From Lobosporangium transversale (taxonomy: Eukaryota): a stretch of 64,000 nt of DNA. The position numbers and the translations under genes were made by a program. The notes below the pieces were generated by a model. That model ran no database searches. It worked only from the letters and a program-made list of their open reading frames with translations, and was not told the DNA's origin. Each line of letters begins with the position of its first letter. The first letter of the stretch is position 1. The stretch lies in assembly GCF_002105155.1 (NCBI RefSeq), contig NW_019028997.1:1-64000 (forward strand). Direction: 5' to 3'. Of this stretch, positions 24,896 to 38,151 are shown one piece after another.

Positions 24896-27543
24896 AACGT
24901 CATCTTGGGGCCTGAGCAACTGAGCGATCATAAGGGCTTATCAATTTCAGAATGGGTTACAAAGGAATTAACCCGCCGCACCATCATGTCAGAGTTCAGG
25001 AGGTTTTTATTGGAGTATGTCGATGCGAATGGAGAATCTGTATACGGCCCGTTGATCAGAGCACTCGGAGAGGCGAACAAGGAGAGCTTAGAAGTCAGCT
25101 ATCGTCACCTATCAGATGCCAAGCCAACTCTTGCTTACTTTGTTGTCAACGCTCCTCAAGAAATTTTGAAAATGTTTGATGCTATTGCCTTTGAAGTCGT
25201 ACAGATGGAGTATCCAGACTATGGACGAATTCACTCAGAGATTCATGTCCGTATCACAGAACTTCCTATTGTCTCCACCCTTCGTGATCTTCGGTATTTT
25301 TTTATATTTTCCTTTGGTTTATTTTCTTTAAGCACTTATGTTGCAAATCCATGCATGTCTACATCGGTTGCATTAGAAGTTATTAATCTTTTATCTAATT
25401 TTGAACTACAATAATAGTCAAGCAAACTTAAACTGTTTAGTGCAGGTTACAGGAGTTGTCACACGGAGGACGGGCGTCTTTCCTCAACTGAAATACGTAA
25501 AGTATGACTGTGTCAAATGTGGGGCTCTTCTTGGGCCATTTTATCAGGATTCTCAGACAGAAATTTCAATTGGCAGCTGCACCTCCTGTCCCTCAAAAGG
25601 GCCGTTTACAGTCAACTCTGAACAGACCATTTATCGTAATTATCAAAAAATGACCCTCCAGGAGTCCCCAGGCACAGTCCCCGCAGGTCGTCTACCTCGC
25701 CATCGTGAGGTCATCCTTCTCTGGGATCTCATTGATAGCGCTAAACCAGGAGAAGAAGTAGTAAGTCATTTGTTTCGTATGATGGCTCGTGAGTCAGATC
25801 TGCTCATTACACCCGAGTTGCAATGATACAACAGATGCTCTGTATCTTTTTAGGAAATTACGGGCATTTACAGGAATAACTTTGATGTGGCACTCAACGC
25901 AGCAAACGGATTTCCTGTCTTCGCTACAATTCTGGAAGCCAACTATATAAACAAGAAGCAAGATGTCTTCGCCAGCTTTAAATTGACAGAGGAAGATCGT
26001 AAAGAGATTCTTCGTCTCGGAAAGGAGGAGAATATTGGGAAGAGGGTAATATATTTTGATCAATGCAGGCCCTTGGTTTACTTCAAATTTGGTATGACCT
26101 ACGATGCGGGATCTTAAGATATATAAGGCTAATACTTATTTATTATCAATAGATCATCAAAAGTATTGCGCCTTCGATTTATGGCCACGAAGACATCAAA
26201 ACAGCTATTGCTTTATCATTGTTTGGTGGTGTACCCAAGGATCCTCAAGGAAAACATCGCCTTCGCGGAGATATCAATGTCTTAATGCTAGGAGATCCAG
26301 GAACAGCGAAATCTCAGTTCTTGAAATACGTGGAGAAGACTGCACACAGGGCCGTTTTCACGACAGGCCAGGGAGCCTCTGCTGTCGGTTTAACAGCTTC
26401 AGTCAGAAAGGATCCAATTACGCGTGAGTGGACATTGGAGGGAGGCGCATTGGTGCTTGCGGACAAGGGTGTGTGTTTGATCGATGAGTTTGATAAAATG
26501 AACGATGCTGATCGTACTAGTATCCACGAAGCCATGGAGCAACAGAGTATTTCAATTTCTAAGGCTGGTATTGTTACAACACTGCAAGCCCGCTGCTCTA
26601 TCTTGGCAGCTGCTAATCCAATCCGTGGTCGCTACAATCCAGCAGTAACATTCTCGGAGAATGTTGAATTGACGGAACCCATCTTGTCGCGTTTCGACGT
26701 TCTTTGTGTTGTCAAGGATACTGTTGATCCTACTGTGGATGAACGTCTGGCCAACTTTGTTCTCAATTCACATCTTCGAAGTCATCCTCAATTCTCACCT
26801 GAACAAGATCAGCTTAGTATGACACAGCAGGCTGATGATGATGTAAGTGTGATTTTTGAAATGATTGTTCAGTATGTGCTCCTCATGAGTTGTTTCATCA
26901 ATGCTATCTGGATTAAGAACGACAAAATTTAATTTTTGCTCTGTCCTGTCTTGCTGTCTTGATTTTGATAGATTATCCCACAGGACATGTTGCGCAAATA
27001 TATTATGTATGCTCGGGATAAAATTCAACCTAAAATTCACCAAATGGACCAGGACAAGATTGCTCGTCTGTATGCAGACCTTCGTCGAGAGTCATTGGCT
27101 GGAGGCTCCATCCCAATCACAGTTCGTCATTTGGAATCGATGATCCGTATGTCGGAAGCGCATGCAAAGATGCATCTGCGGGAATATGCTCGTTCAGACG
27201 ATATTGACATGGCGATCCGAGTCATGTTAGAATCATTCTTCAGTGCACAAAAGTTCTCTGTGATGCGCAATTTGAAGAGGGCATTCAATAAATACCTGAC
27301 ATTCGCCAAGGATAGCAACGAGTTGCTGTTCTCAATCTTGAACGATATTTTAAAGGAACATCTGCGATTCCTGCAGATCAAGAATCCACGTAGTGATATT
27401 CGATTGGTTACAATTGAGTTGGTAGAACTAAAGGATCGGGCGACATCTCTGGAGATCCATGATATCCAGCCGTTCCTAACAAGTAAGCTCTTTGCGTCAG
27501 GAGGATACCGGTTCAACGCCGTACGTGGTGTCATTGAACGACC

Positions 27544-27550
<7 letters not shown>
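23974..27550 (+). CDS. MCM2: DNA replication licensing factor MCM2
   Basis: The acidic N-terminus includes EGEDLFG..DY. Other motifs: zinc finger [22 protein letters not shown], Walker [17 protein letters not shown], arginine finger SRFD and ITVRHLES. The first coding exon is only the ATG (23974-23976). Confidence 0.97.
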
Positions 27551-27575
<25 letters not shown>

Positions 27576-29986
27576 CTTTTATTCTTTCATTTGCATTGTC
27601 CATTTCCTCAATAAACAATTTAAAATTCATTTTGGAGAATGGTCTGTGCACCTTAATTAGCGCGTGCTCTTTGAAATAAAAAGACTTAGACTGATAATGC
27701 ATAAGAAAATGTATGCCATTTGCTCAGGATACACTGAAGCCCTTTGTTATCTCACTGCTTTCCCTTGGCTCTGCCTCTCCTCTTAGCATCAGAAATACTA
27801 TATTTAGGCTGAAAAATAGTGATAATCGGAGATAGAGAGGAGTAACACACTTCTCATTCCCTGCTTAAAGATACAGTCGGGTAGCTTCCTATGTAAATGT
27901 CTTTGAACAATATACACGACTGCACTAAGTCCAATATTCACGTTAGAAAAAATGCTTTTGTCCTGATGTAATGGCATCTACGCATTCAATATTCTGCGTC
28001 TAGAGGGATATTGGATCTTCCTTGCGCTTTGTGCGTTGAAACAATATTTTTACATTAATAAATACGTATAATAAGAGGATTGGTGTTTATTTCGTCAAGT
28101 GAAGAAAGTCCTTCAGCCAAACGTATGAAATAACTGAATTGTCATATAAATACATACCATAAAAAATCAGCCGAGTTACAAATACACCACTGACATTCCT
28201 CACTGATGCTGGAGTACAGGATTTGGGGCCCCCGTCGCGCCTTTGTCGACGGTAAGCACAGAGAATAGCATACTTGTCAGGTAGCTTACGCAGTTTGTGA
28301 CTAGAGATGGCAGAGATCTGTTTTCGACTCCTGGTCACGTCTACTTTCCGCCAAAAATTCTGTGGTCAGCGATCAAGGCACTGCTGAGGCTCCTGCCGTA
28401 AAGACGTCATTTATGGGAGAGAATATCCCGGTTTTGTTAGGGACGTGTGGACTTCAGCTGGATTAAATCAATTTGGCAAACAAGAGCAAAATGGAAAGGA
28501 GCGGATGAAGGCGCGAGCATCCGTGAACCATTTGGTAAAATGTTACAGACAGGAAATGCCATACTCAGCAATTGACACCAACAATTACCTCGAGTCACGG
28601 CGCAATATCTTTAAGCGGCATTCCATCCATGACGGATAACAGCGATCGGATGCGATCTACATTCTGGTGTTCATGGTAGTTCCTCGATTCTAGGGTATGT
28701 CACATCAATCCTGCGCAGAAGATCGAGCTACGCTATAGGAGAGTCGCCGAAGAGCATATTCGCATCCGGGCAGTCAATGACTACAGGGATGATCCTCTTG
28801 TCCAGATCTCTAGTAACAACCTTTGAGTGGAGTCGTTTACGACAGTTACTTTGAGGTTGATTTCAGCAAGACTGTGTATAATCAATTGATCCTGTCCATA
28901 TTTTCCTCCAGACGGAAGCTGCTGCAAGCATATCACTTTGGTGAATTAATAGATACCGCAAGTCTAGGTGAAGGATGTGCAGATGGATTCTCAGAATAGC
29001 ATGCTGATGGTAAGCAAGCTTTGCTTGAGCGAACTCAATTTGACTATTTGGAAGGCACTTCCGGAGAGCCTATGATGCTAGGTATCACTTTGTGGGACCC
29101 GAGCCTTTTAGGGCATGAAGCAGCTTAGATAAAGAGATCGATAATCTTCTTTCGCAGGTCATGCCACCCTATACTGAGTCCTTTCAACTTTTGGAGGATC
29201 ATAGGTTGGATGATAAGCTCAGCCTCTTTAACAACCTCGGCATCTCTCCCTCTCGTTTTTGTGATGAGGACTTTATGATTACGATACGATCTCTTTTTGA
29301 AAAAAGAGCGGCATCCAGCCACTGGAAAGAACATAGTATATGACCATTCAAAATGGATTTATAATAACATCTATCGATTTGACCCCTCTAGCAGATGCTA
29401 ATGACTTCCTTGTGGCACCACTAGTCCTCAATTACTTAAGTAAAGTAGAGCAAGTAATTATATGAATCTCTCAAAGATTTTTTTTTTTTATTTGATGCTG
29501 AAATACCAAGTTAGCGGTCAATTCATTGGCTATATCAGACAAAGCGACAGTCGCAAGGCCCATGCCTGCCTACACTCAACTTTGCACTCCTGGCGAACGG
29601 AGCGAGAAGAAAGAGCAAAAATAATAGCAACAGGACGCTAAAAGAGGAAGCAACCCTCTCCCTTGCACCTTAGAGTATGAGTTTTGCTATTCCTTGGCAT
29701 ACTCCCTTCATTTCTCCCTTAATCTTTCCTTATTGAAAAGACAAAAAGTTACAAAAAAAAAAAAAAAAAAAAAAAAAGACAGGCAGCATTGGAAGTGAGC
29801 ACGTGTATTTGTACATGTAGTGTTTATCTTTTGAGCGAAATGCAGCGTGCTGCTAGCTTTGAAAGCCGTTCAGCCTGATTTGCCTATCAACTACCATTGC
29901 ATATTGGGAAATAAATAAAGGATTTATGAGTTTTGAACATCACCTTTTTTCTTGTTGGACAGATAAATCGGGTTAAAAATATCCAT

Positions 29987-32470
29987 TTACTTTTTCCTTA
30001 CCTGATTAAAAAACTGTCGGCCCGCTTCCTCGAGTGAGACTGGAGCCTTTGAATCATTGTCCTTCTTTTTTGGTGCAGTGAGCTCAGCCGTATGCGTATG
30101 GTGGTTGACTCTAGGATGGGGAAAATCCTTTCTATGGACATCGTTGTACTCAATGTTGTAGTTGTCGCTGTCATCGTCTTCAAGCCCCTCAAGCCCTTTT
30201 TTGGCCTTGGTGCCTTCCAGACGTGTAGCAGTAGCTGTATTTAATCCAGAATACGTGTAAAGCCATAATTCAGCGACAGAATTTTGATGTACATTTTTTT
30301 TTTTTTTTTTTTTTTTTTTAGTTTCAAGCTTTTACCAAGTATTCGATCTCGCCTTCTATTCGAAGATTCCGTTGATCTCTTGTAATGGGAAGCTGTGCCT
30401 GCATCCTCACGCAACATCTGGATAGTTTCCGATGGCGGCTCTGCAGCCGAGGTAGGCGATGCTGGCGATCTTGAGCGCGAATCTGCTTGCACATGATGAT
30501 GCTTTGAGGCGGTGATATGCTGAGAATGAGTTGGATTGATCTATTTTCAATAAGCGTGGAGAAACACAGGCCAAATTATTACACAAGTAGAAGAAACTTG
30601 CTTATAAAGACCTGAGGGGCCGTGACGCTGTAAATGCTGTCAATTATTTTTGAAGGTGAATTTTTACCCAATCTGAACCATACCTCCTTAAAAAAATCAA
30701 CAATTGCACCAGAAACAGATGGTATCGGGACCTTGTGAGCAAAGGCATTTGCAGAAGTTGTTGCTGTTGTAGGTCGAATGGATGAAGGTGATGTTGTGAA
30801 TCCTTCGCTGATGTCTTGGGTCTGCGCAAGTGGTTTTGATAAAGATGTATACACAACAGGGCGTGTTTTATACGAGTAACGTTTGCCACGGGTTGACGCC
30901 GGAGCAAGCGCCGTTGCCGCATTTGATGAAGAGGTGCTATTAACTGCCGCTCCATGTGTTATAAGTACAGGATCATTTCGTGAAGTAACTGGTCCGAGGG
31001 TGGTTGTCACAGGGGTTGAAGTTGGAGCCAAAATACGGCGGGAGCTGGTGATATTACTGGCACTGTTACTGCTACTGCCTCCCTTGCTGCTGATAGAACT
31101 AGATGGCCGATTCCGTGGAGATGGGTATGGGGAGCTATTGTACATTTGTGTGCTTTTTTTTTTTTTTTTTTTTAAGAGTATATATTCAGAGAAGACCAAG
31201 TTGAAATACCGTTATTGTCTTTGAATAAATACGCAGCTTGTTTGTTTGTTTTTCTTACGCAGAGGTCTTACATCCTTCTAGCTTCTAATCTCGCCTTCTC
31301 AAACAACGATTTTTTCTTTGGCGCAGTATTTGACCATAACGAAGGTTTGGTCACCTTTTTTGGTAGTCGAAGATTTGGGTCCATGATGACACGTCGATCC
31401 TGCTTCACTTTGTCATGCTGTGAGTATGCTTGCCTAAGTAAAGCTCGCTTTCGTTCCAACCTGTCTTCATCTTCCTGCTTCATGGCCTATAAGGGGTTTT
31501 TTTTTACAAAAAAGTAATTATTGAAATTTGCAATGCTAAGAGCTCTGCTTATCGATAGCTGTTTGTGCAGTTGCGAAGTTGAAAACAAAAAAAAAAAAAA
31601 CTTCTTGTTACTTGGTATTTGGACCGCCATTCTCCACTCTCATCATATTCAGGCCAGCCTTCGCGAACAGCCTTAAAGTCATTTTTGGCATGAATATACC
31701 AAAGCTCTATTAATAGACCGAGCGCATAAAGAGAGAAGAAGAAGAAAAAGGTAAGATTCTCATCCGTGGCCTTTGAAGAATCTTTCTTCAAACAAACAGG
31801 TTACCATCTGTGTATTCATCTAGTCCCTAATTAGCAAAAATAATGTAAGATAAGTGTTAGTATAATCTTTAACTGAAATGCATCTTTTTTTTCTTTATTG
31901 TGGTTATAAGAAATAGATATGGGACTTTTTGCTATCTTACTTCTGTATGAAGTTCTACTCGAGTGAGTTGCTTGACTATAATATAGAAGCATTGGGAAGA
32001 AGAGGAAAGTGAGCGGAATGGGAGAAATCTTCACCAATCACAACCCTCACGGCACTCTTTATTGTTTTCCTCATAAAGATATAACCGAGATTAGTCCGCA
32101 AATGATTAAATACTTTTACCATTGCATTTCCTAAGAATACTCTCAATTAGATAATATGGGGTTGTTCCAATATCCTCCAACACTATAAAAAAAAGAGGGA
32201 GATGAGTGCATATTTAATAAAAGCCTCAACTTTAATGTCACGTCTGCACGTCTCGTGCAGCTACTAGGAAAGAGTTGTAGTAAATCAATAGTTCAGAGCA
32301 GACTTCAACGGTAATCAAATGAATGATACTCTACAGTCGATATAGCGATCCAAAGTGCTGAGACAAATATCTTTGAGTGAGGGGACCCCTTTGCTATCAT
32401 GTGCAGATGTTCGCCCAATGGCTCCTACGTTCTCATCGCCCAAACGATATCCCTCTCCGCTGAATGCCAT
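29987..32470 (-). CDS. ELA1: Elongin A (BC-box) protein
   Basis: Spliced exons give the BC box VPSLKDICLSTL, then LEDIGTTPYYLIESILRKC, TDELWYIH..DF, WRSKY, RLERKRALLRQAY and KKSLFEKAR. The 3' end is uncertain because of a possible donor at 30001. Confidence 0.8.
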
Positions 32471-32924
32471 GTCGTGCTCAAGTGGAAGAAGAAAAGAGAA
32501 GAGAATATTTTACAAAAGAGAAAAAAAAAAGAGTCAGTGGAGGAGATTGGCCTTTCTTTTTATACTTTTTATTTCCTTGCAAAGCCACCTTATTGGTTGA
32601 ATCATCAATTAGAGGGGATATTTTTCTTAAGAACTCAGACTAAAGATGTGGATTAATTGCCCATAGATAATTAGGTTTGTGCAGCCTTACAATCGGTTGA
32701 AGTAATAAAAAATGCTCTGACCCCTACCTTTCTAAGTTCCTTGTCTTCAAGGGAACAGGACAGCATTAGGACGTAAAAGGAATCCATTGAGTTTTGCGGA
32801 ATAAGAAAAAGGATCCATCACTCACCAAGGGCTATATTTCCTCAACAGAGAATCTCAAAGCAGTGTTCATCCTACATTGAGAGATAAAGAGCCCTTCTTC
32901 ACTTTTGCAATCAACTGAACTACA

Positions 32925-33914
32925 ATGTCTGACAGCTTTAATCCGAATCATAGCACTGCTGAGGACGCCAACATGGACAGTCCTCATCCTTCTCAAGCTA
33001 GCGAGGCCGGTACCCCTCTCCTGCAGACGCATGAAGACTCTGATACTCATATGAACTCTGCTGCATCCATGGACCAGGACACACCTTCAAATCTCACTCC
33101 TGTCCACGCACAGCAGTCTCCTGTAGCCATAACAACGACAGGAGCTCCTCTCGATGCACAGCAACAACAACTACAATCGCAGCAACCATCATCTATGCCC
33201 TCCGCTCCTTCTACCCCGCCATCCAATCCGAGCGGTCATATCACAACATCTTCCGCGCCTAGCCCAATGAGCGGCGTTGTTTCGACTTCGACACCTCCAC
33301 ATCCCACCACTACTTCTTCTGTCATTGCTCTTGAGCAACCTCCATCTTCTGCTACAGCATCCGTACCCACAGCAGCAGGCTCTGCTATCAATGCTGATTC
33401 ATCCGAGACATTTTCTATGTCTGGAACTACATCGGCGCCTGTTACGTTAGCTGCTACATCTGCACCAGTCGTTCAACAGGCATCATCAGCGCCATCTTCA
33501 CAAGTAACCCAGACAGTTGAGAAGAACCAGCAGCAGCAAGTACCAGCAATTCAAGAACAGCAGAAGCAAGGCCAAGCACAAACACTGCCAGCAACGTCAG
33601 TCTCAACGCCACCATCATCAAACGTCCAGGCAGAGGTTCAAGCGCGAGTTCAGGCGCAACAGACATCAACACTGCCCACTTCACTATTATCGGCATCAGG
33701 ACCAGCTGCCTCTGTGGCTCAACACAACTTGGCTGTGGGTGCAGCATTACAATCACGAAAGGAGGAGGAACTGAACCGGAAAGATAGGACGCTGGCAGAA
33801 TTCTTACCCATGATGGAAAACTATAACCCGATCGTACGTTACGTCATATTTGTAACAAACCCCTTTGCTTCATTGCTATCGATCAGTCTTTTAGAAATAC
33901 TAACGTACTGCATA

Positions 33915-33954
<40 letters not shown>

Positions 33955-34426
33955 ATCCCAGATGCGGTGACAGATTACTATCTGAGCCGAACAGGATTCG
34001 ACTGCGATGATGTCCGAATGTAATGCCCATAGCGAATGCTAGTTGGCCATGGCAGTGCTTTCGAAAGTTCAGCATATTGAGAGATTGGGTTTATTGACTT
34101 TTAGACATTTTTTTTTTATTTTTTTTTATTTTTTTTTAAGCAAACGTTTGTTGGCATTGGCGGCCCAAAAGTTCATCTCGGATATTGCAACAGATGCTTT
34201 TCAATACTGCAAAGTACGCCAGCAAAGCCAGAAGCGCGCGGCCCCCGGAAAGGTATACCTGAAAAAAAAATACAATTTATTTTTACCTTTTTTTTTTCAC
34301 CTTTTTTTAACCTGTTGCTAACATATCTTGGGATAGGAAAAGAAAACGGTCTTGACGATGGAGGATCTTTCTGATGCGCTTGGAGAATATGGAATCAATG
34401 TTAAAAAACCTGATTATTATTTGTAG
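32925..34426 (+). CDS. TAF10: TFIID/SAGA subunit TAF10 with a long low-complexity N-terminus
   Basis: Four exons give TLAEFLPMMENYNPI/IPDAVTDYYLSRTGFDCDDVR/KRLLALAAQKFISDIATDAFQYCK/TVLTMEDLSDALGEYGINVKKPDYYL*. Confidence 0.95.
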
Positions 34427-35016
34427 AACCACTCTTCTCAAGCCCTAAAGAAATCAATAAACATTTTAAGACTTGGTCTTTTTTAATCCAACTCCCAAAT
34501 GCTAAACGGTAGGAGAAATCAGTATATTCTCTTCAAAATAATGAAGGATGTAGACATTGCAAAGGAAGCACCTGCCTGTAAACCAATAATCCCCAGAGTC
34601 AATCCAACAAATAGATGTAAATGAACATCTGAATGATCACTTCCTGAGAAGTACTGAACTCCAAGGTCTTCATTTCCTGTCATACTTTTAGCAGATATGA
34701 TCGGGTGTGGGTTTTCTTTAGTCACCTTTATGAGGGTGCATCCGTCTACTTTCCCCCTTTTCTAGCACATCTCCTTGATTTGAAAAAGCTGTAGGCGATG
34801 TGAAGATTGATGGAAATAGGTTACAGTTGTAGTGAAGGAAATAAAAAAAATCAAACGTCGATGCTGCCATTACGAGAAAAAGCCAAGCCATTAGGGTAAG
34901 CAAGCCGACTTCTATCTCTGTTTCAATTAAAAATGAGCCAAGAATCAGCAGCAGAGGCAGGTGAAGACCCATCACAGTGCAAATGTACATAATCACAGGA
35001 CTTATAGCTTGGACAG

Positions 35017-37215
35017 ATACAAGCAAGCCAGAGCTAATAGAAAGCAAAGGATTGAATACTCCAAAACTAGCCTCCAGAACTGAATAGATGCTTTCACCAT
35101 CAATATCACAATCTTGATGGTTGATCATGTTCACCTCAGCTAACGGTTTTTCTGCCAAGACCAAAGGGTACCATGCAGCCAACACCATAGCGGTACGCAG
35201 GTTCTCTAAGGGATAGTATAATAAATAAATAAAAAACTACAACATTCAAGCAGTTCTGCGTGTTACTGTATAAGTGTACATTGCTAAGCCTTTATTTCAA
35301 ACATCTCTTCTACAAACTTGGTGGCCTCATCATTTGAGGTGACAGGGTATGACGGGGACTGTTGAGCAAGGTTCTCTAGTTCTTTGTTGAGGCCCATGTT
35401 ACCCAGCACTTTTATAGCGCTCTTGCTGTTGAGTAAAACTACAATTCCTTGCAGGATTATAGCGATGCCGCCCTCAGACAGCTCCACAAAAGACTCCACC
35501 TTATTCCTTTCTGTCAATGCCTCCTCTCCTTTTTTAAGTACTTCAGCCCTCACTAAGCTGAACAGTTGTACGGCCGCGTGTCCACCCCTTTTTTAAGAGA
35601 GTCGCGGTTGACGAACGTAAAAATGGTGTAGGGAAGCATCGTGTGGTCCCTCGTGAAACCACCCGATGCTCGGCAGAAGTAATAAGTTCCTGCCTGGTCG
35701 AACTTAATATGGAACTATCTCATCTGTTCCGGAAGTCTCTCCAGACGTCTTCTAAGCTTTCTCCCTCCAACGAGGTTATCTCACTTACATCCAACCTTTT
35801 GGGGATGTGATTGCGGCATTAAAGCCTTTACAACCAATATTCAACCTCTCACCATCCCCGCCTTCATTGTAATGGGCCGTATACCCTGATACACCAGCAC
35901 GCAAAATTGAGTAAATCTTTTAATATCTCAACGAGGACTTGTCACATTGCAATAGACGGTGGCTGAATGGTATCCTTTGAGCTTGGTGGAAGAACTGCTA
36001 GCTTAGGGATATGGTCTATCACCGTTATTGTGATATTGGTAAGGAAAGTATACCTAGCTATTTACTCAGTTCTGGAAGTGCAAGTCGGACAAATCAATCC
36101 TTTGCTTCCTATCAGCCCTGACCCGCCTATATAAAGGCCCTTGCTCCATAGATGCTTCACTACATGCATTGTAGAACAAGCTTTCTCCCTGAGGCTGGTA
36201 TGCAATGTTAGAAGCGTTAAAAACCATATGGCATTTTTGGTTTTGATATTGGATATCGACAGCAGCAGTCTAACTTTATGACCTAAGTATCAGCTTTTGT
36301 AGGGGATGTGGCGCCGGGCCATATACTTAAATTTCAGATCATCAACTTTCCATCTAAAGCCAATATCAAGTTGAGACATATAACTCCTATCAAATTGACT
36401 ATGGTGCCAAAGCGAACTACGGGTATTTTATAGTCAACGCTTCGTTACTCGACGTTATTGCTTAACGTCATAGTATTCGATAGCTCGAAGCCTGAACTAT
36501 CTTTCCCAGGCAGGGTATTATTGGTTGATTTACCAAATGAAAAATAATGCAAAAGTAACATGATTTAACGCAACTCTTATTTTTCAGTCTACCTCAAGGA
36601 GTAAGCTTGCTCTACGATACACCTATTGGAATATCTATGGAACATGGGCTTTTATATAAGCGGGCCAGAGTTAATAGAAAACAAAGGATTGGTTTACCAG
36701 ATCTTCACTTCCAGAACTAAATGACTAGGTATACTTCTCTTACCAATATTCAATAATAGTAATGGATCATTTTATCCTAAGCTAGCAGTTCTTCTAACAA
36801 AATCAAAGGATATAATGCAGCCAACATCCACGGTGGTGCGGCAAGTCCTCGTTAAGGTAGTAAATAGATAAATAAAAAAGTGGAGGATCATTCAGTTTCG
36901 CGTATTAGTGTATCTGGTGCAGGGAGAAAGCTTGTTTTACAATATACGTATTGTAGCATCGAGGGACCATGTGCTTTAATAAAAGCTGTCAGGTCTGATA
37001 GGAACCAAGGGATTGCAAAGAGTTGAATATTCGAATTAGTACCCCTATAACTGCTCAAATGACTAGTCATAATTCTGATGTCAATATCACGATATTGATG
37101 ATTGATAATGTTCTTCAAAGCCAGCAGCCCAATTACCAAGATCAAAGAATACAAAGTCGCCGCTGGGATAGTGAAAAAAAATAAAACACGCAAGCAGTTT
37201 TGCATGATATTATAG
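35017..37215. repeat. Cluster of four diverged copies of a ~250-350-bp unit: A ~35017-35270 (+), B ~35915-36230 (-), C ~36560-36880 (+), D ~36918-37215 (+)
   Basis: In a manual alignment, 36096-36194 versus the reverse complement of 36592-36690 is ungapped, with 21 mismatches in 99 nt (17 transitions). Shared blocks such as gccagagctaatagaaagcaaaggatt, caatatcac and caagaccaaagggtaccatgcagcc recur in A and D. Confidence 0.8.
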
Positions 37216-38151
37216 CAATAAGCAGTAGGGTCTCTGTATTGTTTAATTCCTTGAGAATGGAGTGAGCACCACCACCAATCAAACATTTCAGTGACGGAGG
37301 AATAGAACAATTTCAATGTTGGTTGAGCAGCACCAAATTAAAGTCTTTGAATTGCTGGAACCACCTCTGTCCTCCATTTCTTATTAGTCCTCCACCTCCT
37401 TTACCGTCTACTTTTCTACAGCCCCTTTGTTGCCAATGATATATATGTATATTGATCCTTATGAAGTACCTTCCACATCTTATGTCTTGAAGTCAGCAGC
37501 AAAACACTTTCACTACCGAAAGTTAGTAATGCGTCCGTGTGTGTGTTAAAACTAGCAGACTTAAAGAAATCGCAGTGGTTTCGGTACTAGCTTTTCAAGA
37601 CTGTTGGGGACAATCTTTTAATCTCATCGTGTATTCATCTAAGGGTCAACTCTTCAACGATTGCTGGTTCTTCAATCGCTGAAAAGTTGACAGTGGATGC
37701 CATCATAAGATATTGGGAATAACCTCACAGGCTCCTTTTTCATAAATGTGCCATAAGATCGTAACACCACGCGCAGAGCGAAGCATAGCCCAACATCGCC
37801 ACCTCAAACTGTGGTTGGGCGCTGATGTTAATTGCTACGACGAGTCTAGACATGGTATTCTTAGTATGCCTGGCACATCATTTGCACTGCGGGAAAGAAG
37901 CCCCACTGGCTGCGATTGCGATGCTGAGCGCCAGGGCAAAAGCGCCATTGCTCATGCGTTTGTCGTCGCCATCATTGCTATTTCAAATCAATATTGCCTA
38001 AGTGTCTGTCCGTCAACCTTTCTCTTTATCGAACTATACCTCTCATTCTGTGATTCTTCCACCTTGCCCTGAGCATTGATTACTAGAGTCATTTGATTCC
38101 CAATCCCACTGCTCCATTTGGTCTTGCCACCTTCCATCAATTCGATCTGCC

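Noticed and set aside
36128..36658. Convergent TATATAAA boxes in the inverted arms suggesting promoter-bearing terminal repeats of one element
   Set aside because: Two more copies of the same unit lie outside the pair and lack the motif, so the arms are better explained as members of a four-copy cluster.
34718..37316. Minus-strand ORFs 34718-35188 (156 aa) and 36888-37316 (142 aa) as real genes
   Set aside because: They overlap repeat copies A and D. The equivalent frame is broken in copy B, and the synonymous changes I could see favour the opposite strand.
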